From positions 20,336,001 through 20,400,000 of the forward strand of contig CM060733.1 in NCBI GenBank assembly GCA_030704615.1: a stretch of 64,000 bases of DNA. Direction: 5' to 3'. Made by a program: the position numbers and the translations under genes. The notes beneath the pieces were generated by a model. It did no database searches. It was not told the DNA's origin and was given only the letters and a program-made list of their open reading frames with translations. Positions 39,054 through 51,990 of this stretch are shown here, piece after piece (position 1 is the stretch's first letter; every line of letters begins with the position of its first letter). The stretch is from Takakia lepidozioides (taxonomy: Eukaryota > Plantae > Bryophyta).

Positions 39054-39326
39054 GAGCATCTCCAGCGGTGGCTTCTAAATAGCCCCGTGGTTCTGTAGCG
39101 GCCCGCTTGGCGGGGCCCCCCAACCAAATACCTTTTGCTCGGAGTTGTGCGCTTGATGCAGCGATGGCGGCAGAAGCTTCAAGCAAAATTCTTATCATTC
39201 CTCCCCTTCAATGCTGCACAGGCGCACTCTGTCACTGAGGCAATGGTCGCACTTTGGTCTCGCATGCTTGACTAGGTCCAACAGTGTGGTGGTAACTTTC
39301 TACTTGTGGGACCGCTGGGAGGCTTC
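39054..39326. mobile_element. Possible degenerate Tourist/PIF-Harbinger-like MITE
   Basis: Left end TTA|GAGCATCTCCAGCGGT matches the Tourist-type TIR. The partner ACCGCTGGGAGGCTTC at ~39311 is weak. Confidence 0.35.
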
Positions 39327-40781
39327 TTTGAACCGTCATAGACCTGTGCAGCGTATGGACATATGACTAATCAAACCCAGTACGTTCACAGACACATGTA
39401 TGCCAAAGACTCTTGGGGGGGGATCGATAACATAGTTGTCTCCTCCCTAGTGCACAGAGAGTCCACGTTATAGAGTTACTTGTCTCCTCCTTCAATCTCT
39501 TGTCTCTTACTTGTCTCCTGTCACAGAATTACACAAATCTAGTGTAGTGCACAAGACTTTCATGAGAAACCAGCAGATATGGAACCCAGTTGCAACTTGG
39601 CCGCGAACTCATAAGCAAGAGTGAAGTGGAAATTGAACCTGATGCATGCACAGCTAGAACATATGACATTTGAAATAGAAACAGTTTGTAGCTCAGTGTG
39701 ATTCCAAATCAAACAGAACACACTATGAAGTTGGCCCACCAGCCCTCCACCAGCGTACTTGGTGGACGTCGAGCAGACGGCTACGTCCACTCCTATAAAG
39801 ATGCAGTGGTGGAGTCCAGTTGACGGAAGGTGTTGTGGGAAGGCCGGAAATATGCCTCACAGTGGCAGCCATGAAGCTTGCCCCATTTCTAAGCTGAATT
39901 CCTGCGGAGATCTATCAGTCCAATATATTCGAGTCACTCCAGTCTGCTCCACCCCCAACCAGCTTCTTCTGCATGACCCACAACAGACAGAATTTGAAAT
40001 TTGACTCCCTCGGTGACCACGGAACCTTAAATTGGTCTAGATCCGGTTTTTCGACGACCCGTCAACAATATGCCGCTCGAGCTAGATGCTATTCCCATTC
40101 ATTGGAGTGAACATTTACTCTCCTTTCGAAGCATGCACGTACAATTCAACATAGTTTTGAACAGTGCTCGGTCTGGACAACGTCGATTTGCAATGTGAAC
40201 ATGGTGAGAGAACACCGCAGTCGTGTAAGACTGGGGCTCGGAATTACAGCGCATGTGTGCAACAATAAGCGTGTGCAGTGGGCCCATATATTGCACTCGT
40301 TTGGATATTCTTGTCGTCCTGCGGTGGTCGGATTGCTCTAGAGCTGTCCTTCACCAACTTTACAAGGTCATGGTCCGTGAGAGGGCCCACCTTGCGATGC
40401 AGATGCGAAGTATTTAACTCGGGATTTGAATCCAACATCTCTCGTGGCTGCAGACATGCGGATCACAGACCCAGTTCGTTGAACACGCTCACGTGAGCAT
40501 GCAGTCACGACCTCGTATTGACAGTCGCTCATTGCCAAGGCTCAGAGAAACGACACAAGACGGTGGTACAACGCACACCAGACTTGAAAAAGTTGACGAA
40601 CTGCGCTCATCATCGTAGGCCGTTTGTGAGCTTATAACGTGAGCACGGGGGTTTCAAGCTGCATATAACTCGAGTCAGTGTGATAAATTGTCACAGGCAG
40701 TCACTACCTCCATCATTCCTGTAACGCAACAGACTATCCGCTGGGGTTGTTGCGGGAACTCCACGGTCCTTGCAGAAGAAA

Positions 40782-43700
40782 ATGGAGCTGGTCCCCAGGA
40801 GGAGATCAAGCATGTGGGCTTCGGTGTGGTTAGTGTTGGTGCTGCATGTTGCTACTTTAGTGAGTGGGTACATAGGGATTCCCAGGCGAGGGATGGATGC
40901 TGCATCTGGTCTCTGCGCCTCCATAATATCGTTTAACGGCTACCCGTGCGAAGAGTTCACGGTCTGTAATCTACACGTCCCTCTGTTGTTTCAACTGTCC
41001 ACGTCCTCACCGAGCTGCTTCTTCCAGCATAAGTCTTGAGAAGCTTGAAACTTACAATGGTTACTGTAGTTCTAGTCTCTCTTTAATGGTGGCCTTGCGG
41101 TTCGCCCTTTACTGGATGGGCTGTTTAAACATGTACTTCTGTTACCATTAACTCAGCGCAACTCACTTTCAAAGCGATTGTGGGTGATGTATAACACTCA
41201 GTCACGACTCAGAATATGTCTAGTTCCAACCTGCACGCAGACGATTGACACAAAGCCAAGGGCATGAATGGACCTCTATGCAGGTACAGACATCAGATGG
41301 TTACCTGCTGTCGATACAGCACGTTGCTTATGGGGCGAGTGGGGCAGGATCTGGAAACCAACCACCTGTCTACCTCCAGCATGGGTTGTTTGGGGTATAT
41401 ATTTCAACCTTGATTGGAGATGGAGTCGTAGTATTCATGATCATGTATATACTTGAACAATGAAAGACGTATAGGTTCCGGAAGCTCTCTTCAGACAAAA
41501 ACGATTAAGAATTGACTGTACATAAAGATTGTCTGATGTACATGGAGATTCATTTATAAGTGTTAGTATATTTTTTAGGGTCGACGTTCTCCATTATGGG
41601 TCATTTTTCTGTAGATCAAAGTTGTGAAACTTGTATAATATTTTCCAGTACGAAATGTCATCGAGTACCTAGACCAAGCACAGTTGGTCTCACTTGTCGA
41701 ACCATGCTGACAGTAGGAGTTTCGAGGCTCAAGCTACCTTGGAACAAGAGTTGAACATTGTTTGTTGGGCCTCTCATCACAATCAATTTTGCAGTTGGGA
41801 CTCGGGGCTTGGTAGGCTGAAGTGGGCATTTCCTGCCTCCCCTCTTTTCTTCCTCCTGGGAGGATTCTTAGACTGTTGAATAAGTCTCATCCTTACCCGT
41901 ACGGCAAAAATAAAACTAAAAAATAGTACTTGGACCTCGAACCTCGTGAATACAGAAATGTGGTTCGAAAAGACTTACAAACATCAACTTGGTTGGAGCT
42001 TATATGACAGGGATCCACGATATGAGATTATTCAGCTCAGTCACGTTGTGTGTAGGCTTGCTCATACACCTGTGAAATACTAAGCTTGGTAATTTCCTGA
42101 GTTTGGCTCCGAATTTCATGTGAACAGGGTGGAGATAACTTTGTGCTGAACTCGCCCGAAGAATCATTGGCATTTATGTTGGCGGATCAAGGTTACGATG
42201 TGTGGATTGGTAACGCGCGGTGCAATTATTGGAGCCATGGCCACATTTCTTTGTCACCACAAGACGCGGTAAGTACTATTGTCATGTCGTTCTAGACTTC
42301 TACATGTCATCCTCAGTACAAGCGAATTAGCACCCTTCTATGAATCACGCCCTTCAATGAGTCTGCATATATTCTTTCATTTGCAGGAGTATTGGGACTG
42401 GACATTTGATCAGCATGCATCCATCGATTTACCTGCCTTGGTTTCCTACGTCTACAAGGAAACTGGCACTCCGATGTACTATGTGGCTCACTCTCAGGTA
42501 CTGGAAAATCATACCCAACTCATCTGGTCGCAGAGTTACAACATTAAAAGTTTTCTAATCCTTAAATTTTAATTTGCAATCGTTTGTCTTCTAGTTGGTG
42601 ATTGTTCTCAAGCCCAATGCCCTTCTAGCAAGTTGGAAAAGTTATCAGGTCCCTCGAATCATGATGTGAATCTTGTAATTTTTGGGTTGAGCAGGGTACC
42701 ATCATGGCCTTAGCAGCTTTGTCACAGTCCCCACAGCTGGCTAGTATGCTGAAAGCAGCTGCTTTGATGAGCCCAATTGCATATATGAAGCACATCACGT
42801 CAACACTTGTTCGCGTTGGCGCTGATCTTATGCTTGATTCGGTACTATATCTTGCAACTTTCAGGAGTTTTCCTCAAGTGTACAACTTTAATTTCACAAA
42901 AAGTGTTATTGCCACTGGAGCATTTGTAAACTAATGATATAAATATGTTGCTATTCTGTAATGTCAATCTATCTAATGCACCTGTCTGACACCGAGTTTT
43001 TTGGTGATCTGATCAAAATTTCGTGTGGCAGCTCTTCACCTTCTTTGGTATCGAAGAAATCAGTCTAGACAGGTAAGTTCGAGATGATACCTAGTTTCTC
43101 TTAAATGTCAGCGAGACATAATAGATGAATTAATCAGTTGTCCATTTATCCACATGCATTTTTTTCAGTTCTAAATGTTCTGGATCCTTCACTCTCAGTG
43201 TTTGCAAGTGGTCAACTCAACTTGGCAAGTTGAGTGCAAGTTTTTAATTGTGCCCTTGGAATATCTGACATTTGACCGTCAACAGACCGTAAACCATTGC
43301 AACTTCAGTAAATTTTCATATTACATATAATTTTGAACAATAAACAAGTTAAGATCCTAACATGACACATGATACCTGCTAACGTCCAGGATAGCATCGT
43401 GATTCTCTTCGATTTATGAGGTATCTCTCTTTATTCAAATCGTAGAAGCTGCAATGATGAATCGTTTATATGTTCTCTGTTTGTGCAGCAACAATGAAGC
43501 CTGGAGTAAGCTTATGAGCTTGGCGTGTGCAAGACCCGGTGTGAATTGTGGTGATATGATGACCGCTATAACAGGTAAGCCCTTTTAGCTGAACTGTAAC
43601 TATAGGTTTAACACTAACAGAATCCGAGAGATGAAAAACCGTCTTGCTCACCTGTACCATGCAGAAAGCGACAATTTGCAAGGCCTTTCACCAACATGGT

Positions 43701-44568
43701 GACAATAAGAGGTAACATGATATATGTCTTTCTCTCAGCCCGATAGTTTTTTAATGATGTGGGTCTCCTCACACTTCCTGTGACAGGCCAAAACTGTTGT
43801 TACAACTCTTCGCGCGCCGCTTTTTACGATGAATGGGGGCCCCAACCTTCATCAACCAAAAACCTTCAACATCTTGCACAGAGTAAGACCTCAAGTTCCT
43901 GTAGCCTCAAGTGCAAGAGGATTTGACCCCAAATATTATGCTTGGTAGTTGACCTATAAATGCAGTGTTGAAGAATCTCTTAGCATATATGTAATCTCAT
44001 TTCTAGATGCGTAAGAGATCGTCATTAATTAGCCACCTTATTATCACTTCTACCCTCTATCATTTCATCATAACTAGAACCCTCTAACTCAGAAAGTCAG
44101 AAGCTCATCCTATGCTGATATCGATCATAATTTTGTGCATTAGTACGTCTTACCCAATGATCGCATTATGGAGGTATGAATTAACTTACAGTCGAGTCGG
44201 ATCGCCACGCCTAATCGATATTGGATTCATGACACTGATATACATGCGGGAATGTGTCAGTGATTCGGAGTGGCACTTTCGCAATGTTCGACTACGGACA
44301 AAATGGCAACGCTGTCCATTACAATCAAGATACACCTCCTACATATCAGTTGGCCAGCATCCCGCAAGCATTTCCCATTCTTCTGGCCTACGGAGGGAAC
44401 GATGCCTTGGCCGATCCTGGCGATGTGGGTATCCTCATGACTTCTCTACAGTGCAAGGTTGACACACTCTACCTTGACAACTACGCGCATTCTGATTTCG
44501 TGACAAGCATGCGGGCCAACGTCGATGTCTACACCCCGATCATCGCCTACTTCCAAGCCCACACTTAG
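40782..44568 (+). CDS. Secreted/vacuolar triacylglycerol lipase (acid lipase, AB-hydrolase LIP1/LIP2 family), multi-exon
   Basis: Signal peptide, GYPCEEFTVQTSDGYLL, PPVYLQHGL, LADQGYDVWIGNAR, YWDWTFD, nucleophile YVAHSQGT, GGNDALAD and YAHSDF (catalytic triad). GT-AG introns. Confidence 0.95.
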
Positions 44569-45081
44569 CTGCTCGGATCGATCATCGTCTTACTACAAAT
44601 TTTTAGGGCATGGGGTCCCAATAAATTCCTACAGGGATCCTACATTTCAAGCACACAAAGGTTCTTTTTTTTTAAACGAAAAACTGGGCTCCCCTTAATT
44701 ACAGTAAGAGGAAAAATAACCTCTTTCAAAGTAACCTCAGAGGGGAGAAGATAAACATTTTGCCTGCATGTAATATCTCATGTATTATTTCAGTCTCTTT
44801 ATAATAATCAATTTTAACCCTTGTACTAAATATTAGTTTATGTTGTTATGTGAAGCTACGAATTTAGAATTGGATCCCTTCAGGTACTTAGGTATAGAAA
44901 TTTTATTTTGACCATTGTTTTTCTTTTTTGTAAGAGGAAAACATCCATAGCGCTCACAAATCAGGCCCCTTAATTTTGTGCCCTTATCGTATACTTGAAG
45001 ATAGTTGAAGTTCCAAATTTACATTTTTTAAGGGGGCCTGATTGCAAAGCCCACCAAAGTAAGGTGGAGGTGGAAGAAACC

Positions 45082-45240
45082 AGTGTTGTGCGCGGGTACG
45101 GGGTCCTGACCCTGGGTACCTGGCGGGTTAGGATCTAGGTAACCCGGACCCGAACGCGGATCCACCTAGTGGATCCAAAACCCGCTATATCCGCGGATAG
45201 TGAAGCGGGTCGAGTTCGGGTTTTAAGTTATATATATATT
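45082..45240 (+). mobile_element. hAT-like transposon terminus or MITE end
   Basis: Begins CAGTGTTG and is followed by dense ACCCG/CGGGT and GGATCC subterminal motifs. No matching other end was found. Confidence 0.45.
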
Positions 45241-46899
45241 GATGCTAGCGTAAATAAGAGCCGTTTCCTCTTGTAGATACTAAACCTTTCAAGGGTGGGC
45301 TCTATCCGCACTGCCCCACACCCGTAGTGACGACGGTCAGAGATGCAATGTTTCAGCCTCGCTAACGGAGGAGGGCATGTATGATTGGGTCATATTTTTC
45401 GTGTTTGTACATAACTGATTGATATGGATTTCGATCATGGCAGAATGCGAATTCCAAAAATTGTATTGTGGATGGAAGCGGTTCCGTTGGCGGCAATGCT
45501 AGTACAGGAAGTCCCTGGACTAGCAAAATATCTGGGCATAGCCTTGCCAAGCAAAAGCACGGGTGCCCTTTTGAGCATACACACGATAGTAGCCATGGAG
45601 ACATAGTGTGGTCCGGTGGGCGACCTTGGAACGTGCTTGCATTGATGAGGTTAAACCATCTGGATTTCGGATTTGAAGTGAGAATTTTATGGAGGTGTCT
45701 AACCCCTTGGTTATGTCTAGGTGCCCGCAACCCATGAATTATGGGGTGGTTGCAGTAGAGAAATAAATGTGGCCACGTGTCTATTTGGGGATTTTGGGGA
45801 TGAACATTACATGAAGTGTTTAATAGGGTATAATAATGATCGTTGGAATTGATGTAGGGGTTTCTATAGGGCGAGATTACGTTTGTTGTGTCGTGTTATT
45901 TTTTGGGATAATGTTCGTAGCCAGATAGTGGTTTTTGTGAGCATGGAGATATTATGGAGTTTTTGGGAGACAGGGTTTGGGAGCAGGCAGGCCAATGGTG
46001 GTTGGGTTTTGGCCGGTACTGGGAAAGTCATGCTTTTCATGTCATTTTGATCGATCAGTGTCGTGGAAATAGTATTAAGTATGTGCAGTGTAATGGAGTT
46101 TGTTGGTAGCCTTGTGACATGGCAACAGACCCCTTATAAGGGATTGATAGGTAGGGTAAGTGAGTGAGTACGATGGTGTTGAGTGTTTGTCGCTTGTTTG
46201 TCGTGTTGGATTAGGCGCTATGTCAGAAGCAAGCATGTCATACGAAAAATAGGTTGTTGCATAGCATTATAAACATGCCCAAGTACATGATAGAAAGATA
46301 AGTAGAGCTTAAACAGCAATTTGCTTTGTTGGTCATAATATGATGTTCTAGTAAAACCCTATTTTAACTATTCTGGATTTTTGGCTTAAATCCGGACCAA
46401 ACTTAATATATATTTGAATTAAAATTAATTCAAATGTTAATAATATCATGGTGTAATGTGTGATTGAACTTTGTGAAATTACAAGTGATGTCATATTTGC
46501 TTCAAAATATGACATATAAGATGTCCATTTGACATTGAAGTGCTTGTGAAGTTGCAGTATTGAATAATTCATTGAACGTCCATTGGGAAGTCGAATGATG
46601 TAATAGTACATGATTATGTAATCACGATAAACAAATGTGTCGAATCGAACATGGGATAGACTCATATTCTACCATACTCGATATAACTTGATAGTAATTT
46701 TGATTGAATCTTCATGTTGACAAGCACAATATTCAGAGACAATGCCATTGGAATGATGTTTTGGGTGTGAGTAGGGCAGTAAAATATTAAAATAGCTTGA
46801 AACATTAGGAAGATGACCTACTAGGGAAGTAAAATAAGGTTTGGGGTGTAACTTGATATATTAAGTGCAATAAGGTCCAAATTTGTGGTGACTCGGAGA

Positions 46900-48360
46900 A
46901 GGGTTTAGGGTAGAAAGAGATAAACAAATATGGAAGACTCTCCTCCGTAGAATGTAAAAATGTAAGGGGAATTTGATATCCATGTAATCATTCTATCATA
47001 CGTTATGCAACAAAATTAAAGAAAACATTAAAAGAAAATGATACAAATTTTACAAGAGGTAACATGGTAGTACAATAAGGTTTGGAGTTTAAGTAGGGTA
47101 CTACACTAAGGTTTTTGGTATATGGTAAGAGTAATGGTTTAGGGTGCTAAGGGTCACGCTTAAGCTTAGGGTAAAGGGAAGGGTAGGGGTTTAGGGTTTG
47201 GATTTAGGGTAGAAAGGGACAAACAAATATGGAAGACTGACACATGGTAGTACAATAACTTGGTTTGGAGTGGAAGTAGGGTAGTACACTAACCTGGTTT
47301 TTGATATATGATAAGAGTACTGATGGTTTAGGGTAATAAGCGTCTTAAGTTTAGGGTGAGGATTAAGGGAAAGGTAAAGGGAAGGGTAAGGGTTTAGGGT
47401 TTGGATTTAGGGTAGAAAGGGACAAACAAATATGGAAGACTCACACATGGTAGTACAATAACTTGGTTTGGAGTATAAGTAGGGTAGTACACTAACCTGG
47501 TTTTTGGTATATGGTAAGAGTAATGGTTTAAGGTAGTAAGTGTCAGGCTTAAGCTTAGGGTAAGGATTAAGGAAAGGGTAAATGGAAGGGTAAGGATTTA
47601 GGGTTTGGATTTAGGGTAGAAAGGTTTGGATTTATGGTAGTACACAAAGGTTTTTGGTATATGGTAAGAGTAATGGTTTAGGGTACTAAGGGTCTGGCTT
47701 AAGCCTATGGAAGGGTTAAGGGAAACGTAAAGCGAATGGTAAGGGTTTAGGGGTGATGGTAAAAGTATAAATGGACAAACAAATATGGAAGACTCACACT
47801 CACTAGATCTTGCTGTGTATAATTATGGTAAAAAAAAATGCAAATAAAAATGGAGAAACAAATATTATGGAAGAGTCATTGAGACGGACAAGTATTTAAA
47901 TTAACGACTCGTCGTTGGAACCTGGTCTTAAGATAAATAGAAAGCACACTAGTATATAAACTTGGTATTAAGTGCATGTGAATCCAAAACAAACTTGAAA
48001 AGTAGCGCAAAAAGGAAGGGAGAAGAAATTTGGATTACCATAAGGTCCATAACCATTATTGGTTATGGTATGGATAGTACAATCCAATTTGCAAAAGGAA
48101 TGGTAAGGGTTTAGGGATAAATGCTTAAGGGTCTTTTAGGGTTACTAAAGGGTTTAGGGAAAGGGTTTTACTAGGATAAGGGTTTACTAAGGTAGGGGTT
48201 TCGGTTTAAGTTAGAAATGGACAAACAAACATGGCAGACCGTTTGTCGCTAGACATAGACTCGCTTAGAGGTCCAGGAAAAGGAGGAGAACATGAGAGGT
48301 ATAAGTTAAGGAGTGACAAATTGAAAAGTATGGCAATAATGATAGGGTAAGGGTCCTTTT
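46900..48360. repeat. ~203-bp tandem repeat rich in telomere-like GGTTTAGGG motifs
   Basis: GGATTTAGGGTAGAAAGG occurs at ~47200, 47403 and 47607. AAACAAATATGGAAGACT occurs at ~46922, 47221, 47424 and 47776, with a degenerate copy at ~48223. Many TTTAGGG heptamers. Confidence 0.85.
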
Positions 48361-48788
48361 AGTGGATACCTCAGTTGGAGACTTGGCTTGAGTCAAGTGC
48401 AAGCACTGAGAGACGGACTGGAATTGGCGCAATTACGAGACATTGGAAAAAAATATTTAGACCGGATTGGAAAAGAAAGACTCCGGGGATTGTGCCAGCA
48501 TTTTTTTTCTTGGGGTGCACTGTCTGTTTTGTAAGCCAAAATCCCCCACACGAATATTTGTAGATGATCAGAATGTACAGCAGTGCAGAGTCCAGCCCGT
48601 CCCAAAGAAAGAAAAACGTCCACTGCCCACTTGAGGTTCACTGCGACTGGAAAAATAAAATAGGAAGGATACCCCAACGCAAACACAATTGAAAAAAACG
48701 TAAAGAAAATTTTTATCTTAAAACGAAGGACCGGAAATGACCTCAACATTTAGTCCATGGACGGAAAGTGGTTCGCAAGAGGCAACCT

Positions 48789-49600
48789 TCAGGTATCTGG
48801 CTGAAGGTTAGTCTCCTCCAAATTTTTGCGCGCCTTCACTGCTTTCACCGCTTTCACCGCTATAATTTTCTTGGTGCTATTTCTTGTCGTATTTTTTCGT
48901 GGCGGCATTGTCCACACGACATTGTTCACGTGGATCCATTGAGCAGGATCTGACAGGTTGTACTCCCAAACTTTTGACCAGCAGTCCCTGTACCTCTCCA
49001 AGTCTGAGGGGTTACGGTCTCCACCACTCCCCCTTCACTTTCTTAAAATTAGGATCCTCCCTTTCTCAGATGACATCTGAAATTGCCATTCCCATCCAGA
49101 CCGGGCACGTCGTTGGGTCATAAAGGCGAACGAGCACAAAAAACCCTTTCTCAATATCCTTGAACGGATTCAAGGATATCCTTGGACGCTCGCACCTAGG
49201 GCCACATTAAAGTTGTGGAACTTCATCCTCATCTTCCATATCTTCCACTATCTGTGGCTGGATGTCATCCCTCCAATGGTTTGAGGACCAATTTATTTTT
49301 GGCCAGAATCCCTCAAGAAGCTGAATACGATCCGGGATTTCCTACATTGGCTTATCAAGTTCGGCGAGAATATTTCCCCAGTATTGGTCGTATTGTTCCA
49401 TTACACCCCGGTAATGATCGTCAAACAACATTCATTTGGTCCAAAAATCTTTGTATTTCTTAATACCATTTTTTATGAATGACTGTTTTTAGGAGGAGAC
49501 GTCCCCGACTCCCCATATCGGTCTTCTTGGAACGGCATCTGGGTCTCCTTCAGGGAGATTTGGAGTCTCATCAGGGTTGGACTTCCACATCTTAGGTGAC
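48789..49600 (-). pseudogene. C-terminal part of a Sola-like transposase (degenerate)
   Basis: Minus strand reads SPKMWKSNPDETPNLPEGDP...YWGNILAEL...EGFWP...PVWMG...YRDCWSKVWEYNLSDPAQWIHVNNVVW, with in-frame stops. Confidence 0.6.
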
Positions 49601-49619
49601 CCTAAGGGCAGTACTGGCA

Positions 49620-50897
49620 GGGCCATAGGCGCATTGAGAATTCGAGAGGAGTCCAACGAGGTGACTTTTATTCGTTGTCCCATTTTCCTTTTTTCAAAAT
49701 ATTGTGGCTGATTTTATTTGTGTTGATGCCATCATACCTTCTTGTTCTTCCACTTTGTAGAACCTCCACTGCCTAGTGGACGTTGACATTATTAGGGAGT
49801 TGGGTTGCAGACGAACAGACTTCTCGGTTTGAATAGAATCTCGCAACCCGCTGTAAGCCGTATACAAAAATCGAATATTTCCAAACGTGGAGGTTCGAAA
49901 AACCGGAAGCACCTTTGCTAAGTGCACAGAATGTGAGATGTTGAAGGACTTGATCAAGAAGTCTATTAAGAGGAGTTCCGAACAGGTCGCACATAAGCAG
50001 GCACTAGATTTACACTTGAGGCATCAAGAGTCATGCAGAAGACTGTACCATAGCTGTAAGAATGAGTCTGTTATAATTCCTGAGGAGTTCCTGTGTATTA
50101 TTCACTATAAGATGGATCATAGGAAAACAACTATTCTGAGGCTACAGACGACAAACAAGATGGTCTTGGGATTGGGTCAATTGTCTGTCTCATTGACATG
50201 AATGGTTACGCACGGACACGATGATGGAGCTTACGCTCAATTTTCTCTTGAGTTCAAGAAGGGCAATTCAAACTTCACAATTGATTCGTTGGCTCGGTGT
50301 CTGCGCCAACTGGAAAAGCCGACATGCCAGAAATCCAAAAATATTTTCGACACTGAAGTTCAAAATGATTTTTTTGAAACGCTCATGAGAGGTAAATCGA
50401 GATGTTTGGAGGCTCTGAAACCCTACAGGCTGCAAGATAAACGTGGTGCTCGACCACTTCCTAGACGACTTTATGTGCAGATCGACAACTCCTCCAAGGA
50501 CAATAAGAATAGATGGATGCTTGCTTTCCTATCCCTCCTCACTGCCAAAGATGTCTTTGAAGAGATCCAGCTTGGTTTTCTTATGGTCGGGCACACCCAT
50601 GAGGATATTGACGGATTCTTTAGCTATCTCTCAAAGAAGCTAAAGGAATGCAACACCTACATTCTTCCAGATTTGATGAGGTCATTCATGATCTCCCAAG
50701 ATATGCAATTCATTCCTCAAATTATTCAGGAGGTTCCCGACTTCAAGAAGTTTGTTAAGGGTTGTATTCTTGATGGAAAAGAGGTTTTGGTCTGGATCTC
50801 AGAGATGCACGTCTTTCGGTTTTTTAAGAATGCGGATGGTTGGCCCGTTATGAAGTACAAGAAGTCAGCTACTAATTCGGAGTGGCTTCCTACAAAC
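49620..50897 (+). mobile_element. Catalytic core of a Sola-like (DUF7869-type) DDE/D transposase, inverted relative to its flanks
   Basis: FAKCTEC, HLRHQ, CIIHYKMD (first catalytic D apparently mutated to Y), LYVQIDNSSKDNKN, FLMVGHTHEDIDGFFS, ending ...KKSATNSEWLPTN. A stop at 50199-50201 interrupts it. Confidence 0.8.
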
Positions 50898-51990
50898 TCC
50901 AGCGTTTTTGTACTCCATGTACGTTGACCTTCCAATTCCGTGTATTATCCACCATGCTTTTTCACAAACATCAACATTTTCTATCGTGACATATGACCTA
51001 CGCGAAGCCCCTTCAATGACGTGAAGTCGTTTTGAAACATTCAATCCAAGTTCTCTCCTCTCATCGAATGACGAACCCCAAAATGCAGTACAAATTGCCA
51101 AGGTTTTTCTCCAATCAAAATACTGGCAACACTGAAGCTTGTAGCAAGGTTTGCTACTGACCGACCTCATTGCCTCTAAAGTAAGATTTTTCTTGCACTT
51201 TTTTGAGTCCTCCAAATTGGATGGTTTCTTCTTCCTAGTAAAATGTCTGTATGATGCTTTCGTCACGCCTGTACCATGGTCGTCATTCTCCATGTCACTA
51301 CATGATCGCAGCATATTTTCGAGATCAACGGAGAGTATCCGGCCATTTTCAAGAAGTCTTGTTTTTGTTAACGGCCATTTCACAATGGACATCAGATAAC
51401 CGGATTCTCCAGAGATTGTTCCGGTGACCAGAACCCAACATCGTCATCTTCGAGTTTGTCATTCAGAATGATCTCGTTAGGAATGCATGCCTGAATTCGG
51501 CCTTCGAACAGGGCATTTTCGTCCTCCCCAAGTAGAAGACATTGCAAGTTTTTCCAACAATCTCTTCCAAGACCTACAGCCGTATCCTCTTCAGTCTCAC
51601 TGTTAGATGAAATTTCATTGCTTTCAGTGAATTGTCCTTGATAATCACTATCTTCGGTGATGGAATGGCATCCCGGGTTTCTTTGAGATGTTGAATCCAC
51701 AGTTTCATGCGGGTGAACACAGGAGACGTCCCATATAACTGGAGTCCCAATCGCCTCATTCAATGTGTCAGCATCCATGTGTCGATAAGGCAGAGGACAA
51801 GAGCTGAATGCGTCATCACAAAAGATCAGGGTAACTGAAATGATAGACGAACACAAGTGGTGTCCGTGGCAAGTTCCTTCCCCAGAGACATTCAGGCAAT
51901 CTCCTGATGCAAACACTGACGGAGATTTAGGAAGCGACAGAAACACCATTTGGCCTACTTGGAACCCTATGAATTTAATAACCTCCACTG
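50898..51990 (-). pseudogene. N-terminal part of the same transposase: En/Spm-Tnp1-like domain followed by a Cys-rich VC..AW..IHG region
   Basis: VFASG...GTCHGHHL...LPYRHMDADTLNEAIGTPVIW, then PCYKLQCCQYF...VCEKAWWIIHGIGRSTYMEYKNAG. Confidence 0.6.

Noticed and set aside
46900-48360. True telomere or interstitial telomeric tract
   Set aside because: TTTAGGG motifs are dispersed within a complex 203-bp unit, not in a contiguous array.
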